From: an uncultured Ruminococcus sp.
GTDB lineage: Bacteria > Bacillota > Clostridia > Oscillospirales > CAG-272
Length of the DNA stretch: 64,000 bases
Reading direction: 5' to 3'
NCBI GenBank assembly: GCA_902795355.1
Contig: CADBKZ010000009.1
Coordinates: 352 to 64,351 of the forward strand
Positions 9,806 to 17,593 of the stretch are shown piece by piece. Every line of letters begins with the position of its first letter. The first letter of the stretch is position 1. A program made the translations under genes and the position numbers. A model generated the notes under the pieces. The model ran no database searches, was not told the DNA's origin, and was given only the letters and a program-made list of their open reading frames with translations.

Positions 9806-10393
9806 TTATGATTTTGGGCGGCCCGCCTTCTTTTTGGCAACCGAAAAGCCGAATTTGCCGAGACGACGGCCGAGCGAATAATAGTCGCCGTGGGCATAGG
9901 CCGCGAGGTCGGCGCGCTCCATGCGGAGTTTGCCCTCGCCGTCGAGCAGACTTTCGTCCGCGTCAACGGCAACAATGTCGGCAAGAAACATATCGTGCGA
10001 GCCGAGCGGAAGAATGTCGGTTACGCGGCATTCGAGGGCGAGCGGGCATTCCGCAATCAGCGGAACGGAGATCACGCTTGCCGGTTCGGGCGTGAGGCGA
10101 CATCGCTCGAACTTGTTCACCTTTGCGCCCGTGTGGACGCCGCACCAATCCGCCGCGCGGATCAGCGAAGCCGGCGTCAGGTGGACGGCAAATTCGCGCG
10201 TTTGGCGGATCATTTCGTAGGAATGGCGGGTGGGGCGCACCGAAATATAGGTTTTGGGCGGTTGACTGTTCACAATTCCCGTCCACGCAATGGTAATGAT
10301 GTTGGTTTCGTCGCCCCGCGCGCAGGTTACAAGCGCGGGCGGAACGGGCGAGAGCAGCGCGCTGCCTTTCCAATGCACTTTCGGCATAAACAA
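9806..10393 (-). CDS. Flavin reductase-like domain protein
   Basis: 195 aa. NIITIAWTGIVNSQPP and HGDYYSLG are typical of the flavin reductase (FMN-binding split barrel) family. Lies 21 nt upstream of cysS. Confidence 0.7.
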   Translation of the reverse strand: MFMPKVHWKGSALLSPVPPALVTCARGDETNIITIAWTGIVNSQPPKTYISVRPTRHSYEMIRQTREFAVHLTPASLIRAADWCGVHTGAKVNKFERCRLTPEPASVISVPLIAECPLALECRVTDILPLGSHDMFLADIVAVDADESLLDGEGKLRMERADLAAYAHGDYYSLGRRLGKFGFSVAKKKAGRPKS

Positions 10394-10427
10394 ATCTCCC
10401 CCCCCAACCGCAAAAAATACACATCAT

Positions 10428-10456
10428 AGTATACCACATCCGCGGCGTTTTGTCAA
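10428..10456 (-). promoter_or_regulatory. Promoter of the flavin reductase-cysS-gtrA operon
   Basis: Minus strand: TTGACA, 17 nt, TATACT. Confidence 0.5.
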
Positions 10457-10607
10457 GGTTTTCTCGCCAAAAGCGCGCCGGAGAGACGGATTTTCTTTCC
10501 GCTATTGACTTTTTGTCGGTTTTATGGTAAAATAACATCGGCGGCGCATGCGGCGCCGGTTATCCCCCAAAAAACAAACGATTCGACAAACGAAAGGATT
10601 CGGAAAC

Positions 10608-11498
10608 ATGAGCAAGGCAACTTTGGTGGTTCTCGCGGCGGGGTTGGGAAGCCGTTTCGGCGGCGACAAGCAGATCTCAAACGTCGGCCCGCGCGGGGAA
10701 TTTTTAATGGAGTATTCGGTTTTCGACGCGGTTTCCGCAGGATTCGACCACGTGGTGTTCATTCTGAAAGAGGCCATGGTGGAAACGGTCCGCGAAAGAT
10801 TTGAGGGGCGGTTCGGGGGCGTGACCTTCGATTACGCCGTGCAGGACGCGACCACGGTCCCCGCGTTCTACCATATTCCAGCGGAGCGCGTGAAACCGCT
10901 CGGAACGGTGCATGCGGTCCTCGCGGCGGCGAAATATCTGGATTCGCCGTTCGCAACGATCAACGCCGACGACTACTACGGCAAGGAAGCCTACCGCATT
11001 CTCGCGGGGCTTCTCGGCGGGCTGTCGCGCGCGGACGAGGCGGTTATGGTGCCGTACGTTCTCGGGAATACCATGAGCGAGAACGGCGGCGTAACAAGAG
11101 GGGTTTGCGCCATTGAAAACGGCGTTCTGACCGGTGTGAACGAAACGCCCAACATCCGGTACGGGGACGGAAAAACCGTCGTTTCGGATCGGGGAGAGTT
11201 GAACCCGTCGGAAATGGTTTCCATGAACATCTGGGGCTTCCACCGGAGCTTTGTTCCCGTGATGCAGACCTATTTTGAGAATTTCCTGAAATCGCTCGCG
11301 CCGGACGAGCTCAAAGCGGAGTGTCTGCTCCCCATCATGGTGAACGACCTGCTCCGCGAGGGGCGTTTAACCGTGAAGGCCGAGCCGTCGCCCGATCGCT
11401 GGTTCGGGATTACCTACCGAGAGGATCGGGAGAGCGTAATGGCGGAATTGGCGGGTCTGCACGCAAAGGGAGAATACCCCGAACCGTTGAAAATCTGA
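10608..11498 (+). CDS. Sugar-phosphate nucleotidyltransferase family protein
   Basis: ATG 10608 after GAAAGGA. MSKATLVVLAAGLGSRFGGDKQ is the G-rich NTP-transferase signature. Confidence 0.75.
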   Translation: MSKATLVVLAAGLGSRFGGDKQISNVGPRGEFLMEYSVFDAVSAGFDHVVFILKEAMVETVRERFEGRFGGVTFDYAVQDATTVPAFYHIPAERVKPLGTVHAVLAAAKYLDSPFATINADDYYGKEAYRILAGLLGGLSRADEAVMVPYVLGNTMSENGGVTRGVCAIENGVLTGVNETPNIRYGDGKTVVSDRGELNPSEMVSMNIWGFHRSFVPVMQTYFENFLKSLAPDELKAECLLPIMVNDLLREGRLTVKAEPSPDRWFGITYREDRESVMAELAGLHAKGEYPEPLKI

Positions 11499-11548
11499 CG
11501 GTTCCGAAAAAATTCAGGAAAAATTCAAATTTTTTTCCGAAAAACCTA

Positions 11549-11576
11549 TTGACAAAACCGGAAAATCTGCTATAAT
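11549..11576 (+). promoter_or_regulatory. Promoter of the riboswitch-controlled cassette
   Basis: TTGACA, 16 nt, TATAAT, about 12 nt upstream of the aptamer. Confidence 0.6.
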
Positions 11577-11587
11577 ATATGGTGGAA

Positions 11588-11662
11588 TTGAATTAAGGGC
11601 AAAGCAGTCGTAAGGCTGTGACGCAAAGCCATAGGGTCCCGAAAGAGACAGCCGGTTGCAAA
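11588..11662 (+). promoter_or_regulatory. c-di-GMP-I (GEMM-I) riboswitch aptamer
   Basis: AAGGGCAAAGCAGUC-GUAA-GGCUGUGACGCAAAGCCAUAGGGUC..GAAA..GACAGCCGGUUGC. It has a GNRA-capped first hairpin, the conserved ACGCAAAGC junction, AUAGGG, and a GCAA/UUGC closing helix. Very close to clostridial class-I examples as I remember them. Confidence 0.85.
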
Positions 11663-11690
11663 CGAAATGTTGCAATCGGTTGTTTTTGTT
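11652..11690 (+). terminator. Riboswitch expression-platform intrinsic terminator
   Basis: CCGGTTGCAA-acgaaatg-TTGCAATCGG (10 bp, one G-U) followed by TTGTTTTTGTTG. The 5' arm overlaps the aptamer 3' closing strand. Confidence 0.75.
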
Positions 11691-11715
11691 GTAAAAAAAG
11701 GAAAGGGGAGGCCGC

Positions 11716-12609
11716 ATGAAAAAGTTTTTGAGCATGTTCAAAAGCGCGCCGAAAGGCAAAGTTGCCAAGTTGGCATACGCGTTTTTCGGAATCATTGTCA
11801 GCGGAGTGATACTGGTTGCGGCAACTACCTCCATGGCGTGGTTTTCCAACAATCAGAGAACCGATGCCAACGCATTGGAACTCAAATCGTTACAGAACGA
11901 TACCACGGCAAGGTATTCGGTTTATAAATGGGATTTTGAAGAAGGCAACATTGCCAATGGGCATGGCACCAATCTGGATAGTGAGTCCAACCCGCTGACG
12001 TTGGAAACCGGATTCTCCCTCAATACGCATGACGTGGTGTTCACCAGCGAAAACCTCTATAACCCCGCATTTGTCCGCATTGAGCTTACGGGAAGCAAAT
12101 ACGAGGGGAAGAGCGGATCGCTTACCGTTAATCTGATTCGTTCCGAAGAATACGACAGCAACGAAACCGTTCTGACCGAAACGCTTTCCAGCGTGGCGCA
12201 GTTTGCATGCACAACCGGGGCGGTTGCATATCTTGATAACGCGGAAACGGTCTATTCCACCGCGTACGGGTTGTTCTGCAACGCGGAAAACGGCAAGCTG
12301 AAAAACAGCGGTCCCTTTGTAAAAAAAGAGTTCACCACCTATGATGTGGAGGAAGAAGGCGGAAATCCCGTCTATTCCAATTTTGAAAAAGTCAACGAAT
12401 TGGAATTTTCCGTGTCCTATAACGCGGAAGACTGGACGGAAGACGGAAAGCTTTATATTTACCTTTGCGTTTGCTATGATGAGATTCTGGCGGAACTTGT
12501 GGCGCGTGGGAATACCGACTTTTCGGCATTTCTCGACCTTGGAACTTCCAAACCGATGACAAACGATCTTTCCGTGATCTACATTTCCTTTAACGAGCCG
12601 ACCCCGTAA
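11716..12609 (+). CDS. Uncharacterised secreted/membrane-anchored protein with a SipW/TasA-like N-terminal signal region
   Basis: RBS GGAAAGGGGAG. N-terminal Lys-rich segment, hydrophobic helix LAYAFFGIIVSGVILVAATTS, then MAWFSNNQRTDANALELKS. Lower G+C than neighbours. No recognisable catalytic motif. Confidence 0.7.
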   Translation: MKKFLSMFKSAPKGKVAKLAYAFFGIIVSGVILVAATTSMAWFSNNQRTDANALELKSLQNDTTARYSVYKWDFEEGNIANGHGTNLDSESNPLTLETGFSLNTHDVVFTSENLYNPAFVRIELTGSKYEGKSGSLTVNLIRSEEYDSNETVLTETLSSVAQFACTTGAVAYLDNAETVYSTAYGLFCNAENGKLKNSGPFVKKEFTTYDVEEEGGNPVYSNFEKVNELEFSVSYNAEDWTEDGKLYIYLCVCYDEILAELVARGNTDFSAFLDLGTSKPMTNDLSVIYISFNEPTP

Positions 12610-12660
12610 TGTTTCGGGATATTCCGTTCCTCGCGCAAAAATCATGAAAGAAAGGAGAAT

Positions 12661-15600
12661 TTGATGATGAGCAGCAAGAAACATTTGGTTGCAATGATCG
12701 CACTGACATTGGCAATGGTCATGACATTGATAGCGACAATGCCAATGGTTTATTCATGGCTGTCCAATCCGACAATTTCGGATGCGAATGTTGACGGAAG
12801 CATCAAAGGATCCTATTTTGAGGACGGAGACGGAAGCGAGGAACACCCCTATATTATCGCGCGCCCCATCCAACTCTATTACCTCGCGTGGCTGCAGGAC
12901 ATCGGATATTTCAACAAGGAAGATGGACAGAACGCGGGACACATGCGGCAGTTCTGGTTTGAATTGCGCAACAACTATACGAAAAGCGGGTATGCCCAAC
13001 CTTTGCCGGGAGCGGTGACCGACGGTATTTTTGATATGACGGAATGGAACCTTCCCCCCATCGGAACCACGGAATTTCCGTTTGTCGGGCATTTTAACGG
13101 CAATGGGCTTGTAGTTGCCAATTTGCATGTAACAAATACGTTTACTTCCTCCGATAAAGCCCCGAAAGAAGGAGAAAGCACCATCGGAACGCAAGCGCTC
13201 GGCTTTTTCGGTGTGGTCGGTTCGGTTGGAACCGCGGGAACCGTTGGCTCGCTTGCATACGATGCCGAGGATAACGGCGTAACCAACATCGTTCTCCACA
13301 ATCTGACGGTTGAAAGCGCCGCGCCGGCAAGCAACCAAACACTTGTTGGGCTTGCGGCCGGGTATGTCAACGCGCCCGTTACGCAAATTGCCGTTAGTGA
13401 AAGCCAAATTACGGTTGCCGATACAGTCACAGGCCCGATCGCGGCGAACACAAACGGAAACGAATCGGACTTTGGATTGGTCGGGTTCTGCACAAGTAAC
13501 TATAAAGAGGACTTGAATGTCGAGCGGGTCACCATCTCGCTCCCAACCTATACGCAGAACGTTCTCTATAAGAAAACGCAGGATGAGGGGCCCGGATTCG
13601 GCGGATCGATCAAAATGCAAACGGTATATGATCGGTTGGTATCCGTATTCAGCAATAATGCCGAATATCCTCAATATGTTGATAAGGAATATTGGACGGC
13701 CAACGAGCAAACAGGGGTGACAACACACCATACGGAGCGCGACGAGACGAACGGAGTCAATCAATCGATTAAAGCGTATAATCCAACGGATGTGGACTAT
13801 TCTTATACATTCAGTACCTATTCGTCGAGTTCCAGTACCACTACCTATATGTATTTGTTCGGCGAGGATACGATTGTTGGGCAGAATGCCTCTTACCCGA
13901 ACACTTCGGGAATTACCAAAACCGTGGAAACAGAACGTTACAAGCGTTTTACAGGTACGGCATATACCATTTCCGCTCCTGTTGCGGTTGCGCGGGACGG
14001 CGGCGGATATACCATTGCATATACAAGCGGTGGCACAACATATTATTTGAACACAAACGGGAGCACCATTTCCGCAGGAACCGATCCTTATGCAGCGACG
14101 GCATGGACGTTGCCGAACAGCGGAAGCACCGGCGCTATTTCCACCACCATTAACGGAACAACCTATTATTTGCGGCGCTCCAATACCACAACGTCTACCA
14201 CATTAGAGGTGACTTCGCAAACTGCAAATACGAACATTTGGTACCGAAACGGAAGCAAATTTTATGTTACCTACAATAGCAGGTACTATTATATTCGTTA
14301 TAGCGGTGGTTGGGGAATTTCCAGTACAAATAGAACGAGTAGCGTTACATCGCTTACTGTTGCCGACGCGCAACAGGAAGTTACGTACTATCTTAATATC
14401 AACGCCGCGGGAACGGGACTCACCTACGGTACCGATGCGGCCGCCGCAACCAAATGGGCGGTTGAAAACTCGTATTACTATACGATTGTCAATGATACCG
14501 TTAAATACTTGAATGCAACGGGCACCACCACCGTAAGCGTTGGCAATACCGCGTCAAGTACATGGACGTATAGTAACAATCGGTTATATTCTTATTATAA
14601 TTACAGTAATCGGTATATTCGGTTTAATAACGGGTGGTCATTGTATAATAGTACCACCTATGCAGCAACCTTTACCCGCACATCGACCACAATGGACGAA
14701 TGGGCGTGGGTTACGGAAACGACCACGGAAGCAAGTAGTTTCACAACCAAGCCCACCTACTTTGCCCTGAACATGTCGAACGCTTTTGCAACAAACGATA
14801 ATAACACGGGATATGTTATCAGCGGCGCCAACTTCAAAAATACAACGGCAAGTAATACGTCGGAACGCTATCCTTCCAAATCGGGTGACATTCGTGTTTC
14901 CGAATACAACATGGCGTTTATTTCCAATTCCCTGCAAAACGGAACGGCATATAACGACGGCGGCATTACCTCTAGTACCACCAATATTACCTATTCGGCA
15001 ACCTATGATAAACGGTTGGAAATCCTGACGGCAGTGCATACAACCTACAACGGAACAACTTATGACGGCTTTTACCGAATTACGGACACGGATTCCAATT
15101 ATAACACAACACACAGCTATGTTAACAGCAAGTTGAGCGGATATACGGCCGTATTGCATTCAACACTGGGGTTGAAACGTTATAGCGATGCAAGAGCGGA
15201 ATTGAGCAGTACTTTTTTGAATTCCAATAAAATTTACGGACTTCACTTTATGGATGCCGTGATCAACAAAAACAATACCGTCACAATTCCAAATGCAAAG
15301 ATCAACGGAGAAACAATCTCCAATTATCAAGTCCCGATCGACTGTATCGACTTCAATGTGAAAAATCGCGGGTTCCTGACGATTTTTGCCGGAACATATT
15401 TTACGGGGAATACTTCGTTTTTCTCGCTTCATGAAATTTTCCGTTATAAGGAAACCGATTCGGAAGTGATTGCGGGAACCAAGCAGGTTAATGATATTAA
15501 GGACATTAAAGAAATATCCAAAATCTATCGGCCACTTTCCGGAACCAACGATTATATCTATCTTTATGCAAACGGTGGGGGATATTCCAAGGAATTAACC

Positions 15601-16911
15601 GCCTCGCAAATCTCCTCGCTGGTGCTTGCTTTCGATATGGATTGGATGACGAATCCGGGAAGCGATTTGATCCCTTATGTGGTGTATTATTTTGAAATCC
15701 CGGTCAACGGCGGCGAATTTGCCCTTGGTTCCGTAGAGGGAAAAGATGGCGCATATCTCTTCTACCTTGATATTGCCGCAAACGGCGGAGCCGCCGAGGA
15801 TAAGGACCGCACCACCGTTGCCGAGCAGTTTACCACCAAGCAAATGACTTTCTCCGTTCCCAAAGGCGTTCAGCTGGTTGCCGGTAAGGATTCCTATCCT
15901 GCTTATACCGATTATAACGTTTATTCCGATTATCTTGATAGTGTTGCCGTCAAACTGTCGGCCGGCTTTACGGGAACCGTTCCATTCAGCCGCACATCGG
16001 AAAATGTATTCAACTTTACGCCAACCGGAACATCCGTCCTGACCTATGTGGGCGGCACCGTAAGCGCCACCACGGGTTTCGGAGGCGAGGAGACTGCGTA
16101 CTATCCGAACGGTTATACCGTCAAGCTGGTAGAAACCATAACCGATGTCGGACGAACGACCGGCAATACCGACCATATGCGATTGGAAACGTTGGACACC
16201 TATAATTCGAGCGGCGTTCGCACGTCCCGTACCGTAACGCTTTATGCGGGGGTGGATTCGGAAGAAAACATTGGGAATATTGTTAAAATCGTTTCCTTTA
16301 CCTATGATCCAACAGGACACGACAGCATGATTACCCGCGTGGTTCGCGCGGCTTCCATCGGCGGATTCAACATTGCTTTCAGCGAGGCGGTAACGATAAC
16401 GGCAACGCTGGAAAATGAAAATGCCCATGTGAACTTTGGTGATAACACTGCCAATGTTCTGATAACACTTTCCGCAGATCAGGCGGTTAGTGACAAGTTG
16501 GTTCCCGCTGTGAATCTGTCGGATGATTCGAATGGATCCAGTCCGTACCGCAAGTCCGCGATCGGTGCAGACTTTGTCAGCTACGATTACTATTATAATC
16601 CTTCCTCGACCGTAACAGCAACAACAGCGCCGACCTTTACGCCGACCAATAACGCGAATGACGTTCTTGACAGTCTCTCTTTGAGTTACGCAATTACATT
16701 GACATCGGTTTCCGCCAACACGGCGATCAAGGTTTATGCAAAACTGTTGCAGCAGTTGTCGCCAACCGCGCTTGCACATACCACATGGGTCAGAACCGCC
16801 GACCAGACAACCACGGAAAGCAAGTCGGTGCCCATCACGGTAACAGGTGTTACGGTCAACGGCAATTCGTTGACGTACAATACGGTTACAACTTTGAATC
16901 TTGGTTCATAA
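12661..16911 (+). CDS. Giant (1416 aa) Thr/Ser/Asn/Tyr-rich secreted protein: N-terminal signal/anchor, GLUG-type beta-helix-like region, tandem lectin-like repeats
   Basis: RBS AGGAG. TM helix LVAMIALTLAMVMTLIATMP then VYSWLSNPTISDANV. GDGSEEHPYIIARPIQLYYLAWL, PPIGTTEFPFVGHFNGNGLVVANLHV, LGFFGVVGS and LVGLAAGYV resemble GLUG/beta-helix adhesin modules. No LPXTG, SLH or choline-binding motif seen. The real start may be ATG 12664. Confidence 0.8.
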   Translation: MMMSSKKHLVAMIALTLAMVMTLIATMPMVYSWLSNPTISDANVDGSIKGSYFEDGDGSEEHPYIIARPIQLYYLAWLQDIGYFNKEDGQNAGHMRQFWFELRNNYTKSGYAQPLPGAVTDGIFDMTEWNLPPIGTTEFPFVGHFNGNGLVVANLHVTNTFTSSDKAPKEGESTIGTQALGFFGVVGSVGTAGTVGSLAYDAEDNGVTNIVLHNLTVESAAPASNQTLVGLAAGYVNAPVTQIAVSESQITVADTVTGPIAANTNGNESDFGLVGFCTSNYKEDLNVERVTISLPTYTQNVLYKKTQDEGPGFGGSIKMQTVYDRLVSVFSNNAEYPQYVDKEYWTANEQTGVTTHHTERDETNGVNQSIKAYNPTDVDYSYTFSTYSSSSSTTTYMYLFGEDTIVGQNASYPNTSGITKTVETERYKRFTGTAYTISAPVAVARDGGGYTIAYTSGGTTYYLNTNGSTISAGTDPYAATAWTLPNSGSTGAISTTINGTTYYLRRSNTTTSTTLEVTSQTANTNIWYRNGSKFYVTYNSRYYYIRYSGGWGISSTNRTSSVTSLTVADAQQEVTYYLNINAAGTGLTYGTDAAAATKWAVENSYYYTIVNDTVKYLNATGTTTVSVGNTASSTWTYSNNRLYSYYNYSNRYIRFNNGWSLYNSTTYAATFTRTSTTMDEWAWVTETTTEASSFTTKPTYFALNMSNAFATNDNNTGYVISGANFKNTTASNTSERYPSKSGDIRVSEYNMAFISNSLQNGTAYNDGGITSSTTNITYSATYDKRLEILTAVHTTYNGTTYDGFYRITDTDSNYNTTHSYVNSKLSGYTAVLHSTLGLKRYSDARAELSSTFLNSNKIYGLHFMDAVINKNNTVTIPNAKINGETISNYQVPIDCIDFNVKNRGFLTIFAGTYFTGNTSFFSLHEIFRYKETDSEVIAGTKQVNDIKDIKEISKIYRPLSGTNDYIYLYANGGGYSKELTASQISSLVLAFDMDWMTNPGSDLIPYVVYYFEIPVNGGEFALGSVEGKDGAYLFYLDIAANGGAAEDKDRTTVAEQFTTKQMTFSVPKGVQLVAGKDSYPAYTDYNVYSDYLDSVAVKLSAGFTGTVPFSRTSENVFNFTPTGTSVLTYVGGTVSATTGFGGEETAYYPNGYTVKLVETITDVGRTTGNTDHMRLETLDTYNSSGVRTSRTVTLYAGVDSEENIGNIVKIVSFTYDPTGHDSMITRVVRAASIGGFNIAFSEAVTITATLENENAHVNFGDNTANVLITLSADQAVSDKLVPAVNLSDDSNGSSPYRKSAIGADFVSYDYYYNPSSTVTATTAPTFTPTNNANDVLDSLSLSYAITLTSVSANTAIKVYAKLLQQLSPTALAHTTWVRTADQTTTESKSVPITVTGVTVNGNSLTYNTVTTLNLGS

Positions 16912-16919
16912 TTTTTCAA

Positions 16920-16941
16920 TCCCCGCCCGTTTGGGCGGGGA
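16920..16941 (+). terminator. GC-rich hairpin just after the giant ORF
   Basis: TCCCCGCCC-gttt-GGGCGGGGA, 9 nt after the stop. No clear U-tract. Confidence 0.45.
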
Positions 16942-17010
16942 ATCCTCAAAAAAGCAACACAAATACGTGGGGACACCGATAGCGGTGCTTCTCCCGAAAA
17001 AAGCAGTTCC

Positions 17011-17052
17011 GATAACCGCTTACATTTCAGGTGCAGGCGGTTATCTTTTTCT
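17011..17052 (+). terminator. Intrinsic terminator
   Basis: GATAACCGC-(16-nt loop)-GCGGTTATC followed by TTTTTCT. Confidence 0.6.
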
Positions 17053-17178
17053 GCCGTTTCAAAAGGTCTGACTATTGCAATTCCATAGGGCTTGATTGCA
17101 TTTTTGTCGGGATTTGTCTTTCAAAAGCAGATTTGAACGACGGAGAAAAAAGTTTTTTGAATTTCTTGCAAACACCTC

Positions 17179-17207
17179 TTGACAAATTAAGGAAAATATA
17201 CTATAAT
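17179..17207 (+). promoter_or_regulatory. Promoter of tRNA-Gly
   Basis: TTGACA, 17 nt, TATAAT, ending 15 nt before the tRNA 5' end. Confidence 0.6.
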
Positions 17208-17222
17208 AATAAGGTAAATTTC

Positions 17223-17296
17223 GCAGATGTAGCTCAATGGCAGAGCGTCCGCTTCCCAAGCCGAAAACGCGGGTTCGATTCCCGTCATCTGCTCCA
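17223..17296 (+). tRNA. tRNA-Gly (anticodon CCC), CCA encoded
   Basis: 74 nt. Acceptor GCAGATG/CATCTGC, D arm GCTC-AATGGCA-GAGC, anticodon loop TTCCCAA, T arm GCGGG-TTCGATT-CCCGT, discriminator U, CCA. One C-C mismatch in the anticodon stem. Confidence 0.85.
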
Positions 17297-17340
17297 AGAG
17301 AAGGCGCCCCCACGGGGCGCCTTCTCTTGGAGCAGATGAC
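17284..17340. repeat. Perfect 27-bp inverted repeat that includes the tRNA 3' end
   Basis: GTCATCTGCTCCAAGAGAAGGCGCCCC-cac-GGGGCGCCTTCTCTTGGAGCAGATGAC. The inner part probably acts as the tRNA terminator. Confidence 0.9.
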
Positions 17341-17432
17341 GAGTTTATGAAGAATCCGCTTCACGGCGCATTATGTACAAGCAAAGGAGATCGGGTTCAA
17401 TACGCCGTGCGTGCGCGAACTTGTTCGCGTAT

Positions 17433-17494
17433 GGGTTCCGATTCCCGACAAAGGTCCCACGGGGCGCCTTCTCTTGGAACGGATTGATGAGTTT
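17433..17494 (+). repeat. Degenerate partial copy of the tRNA T-arm plus the right arm of the inverted repeat
   Basis: GGGTTCCGATTCCCGACA...CCCACGGGGCGCCTTCTCTTGGAACGGATTGATGAGTTT compared with GGGTTCGATTCCCGTCA...CCCCACGGGGCGCCTTCTCTTGGAGCAGATGACGAGTTT at 17268-17346. Confidence 0.8.
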
Positions 17495-17593
17495 GTCGCG
17501 AAGAAAGCGAATTTTCCAAATTTTTGTTTGTAACGCGAATACTGTGGTTTCGGAGCGCGTTATAATATAAAAAACAAAAAGGAGAACAAGAAA

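Noticed and set aside
17031-17364. ORFs of 102 and 101 aa overlapping tRNA-Gly and its inverted repeat
   Set aside because: They are explained by the tRNA, its promoter and the hairpin, with no coding signal.
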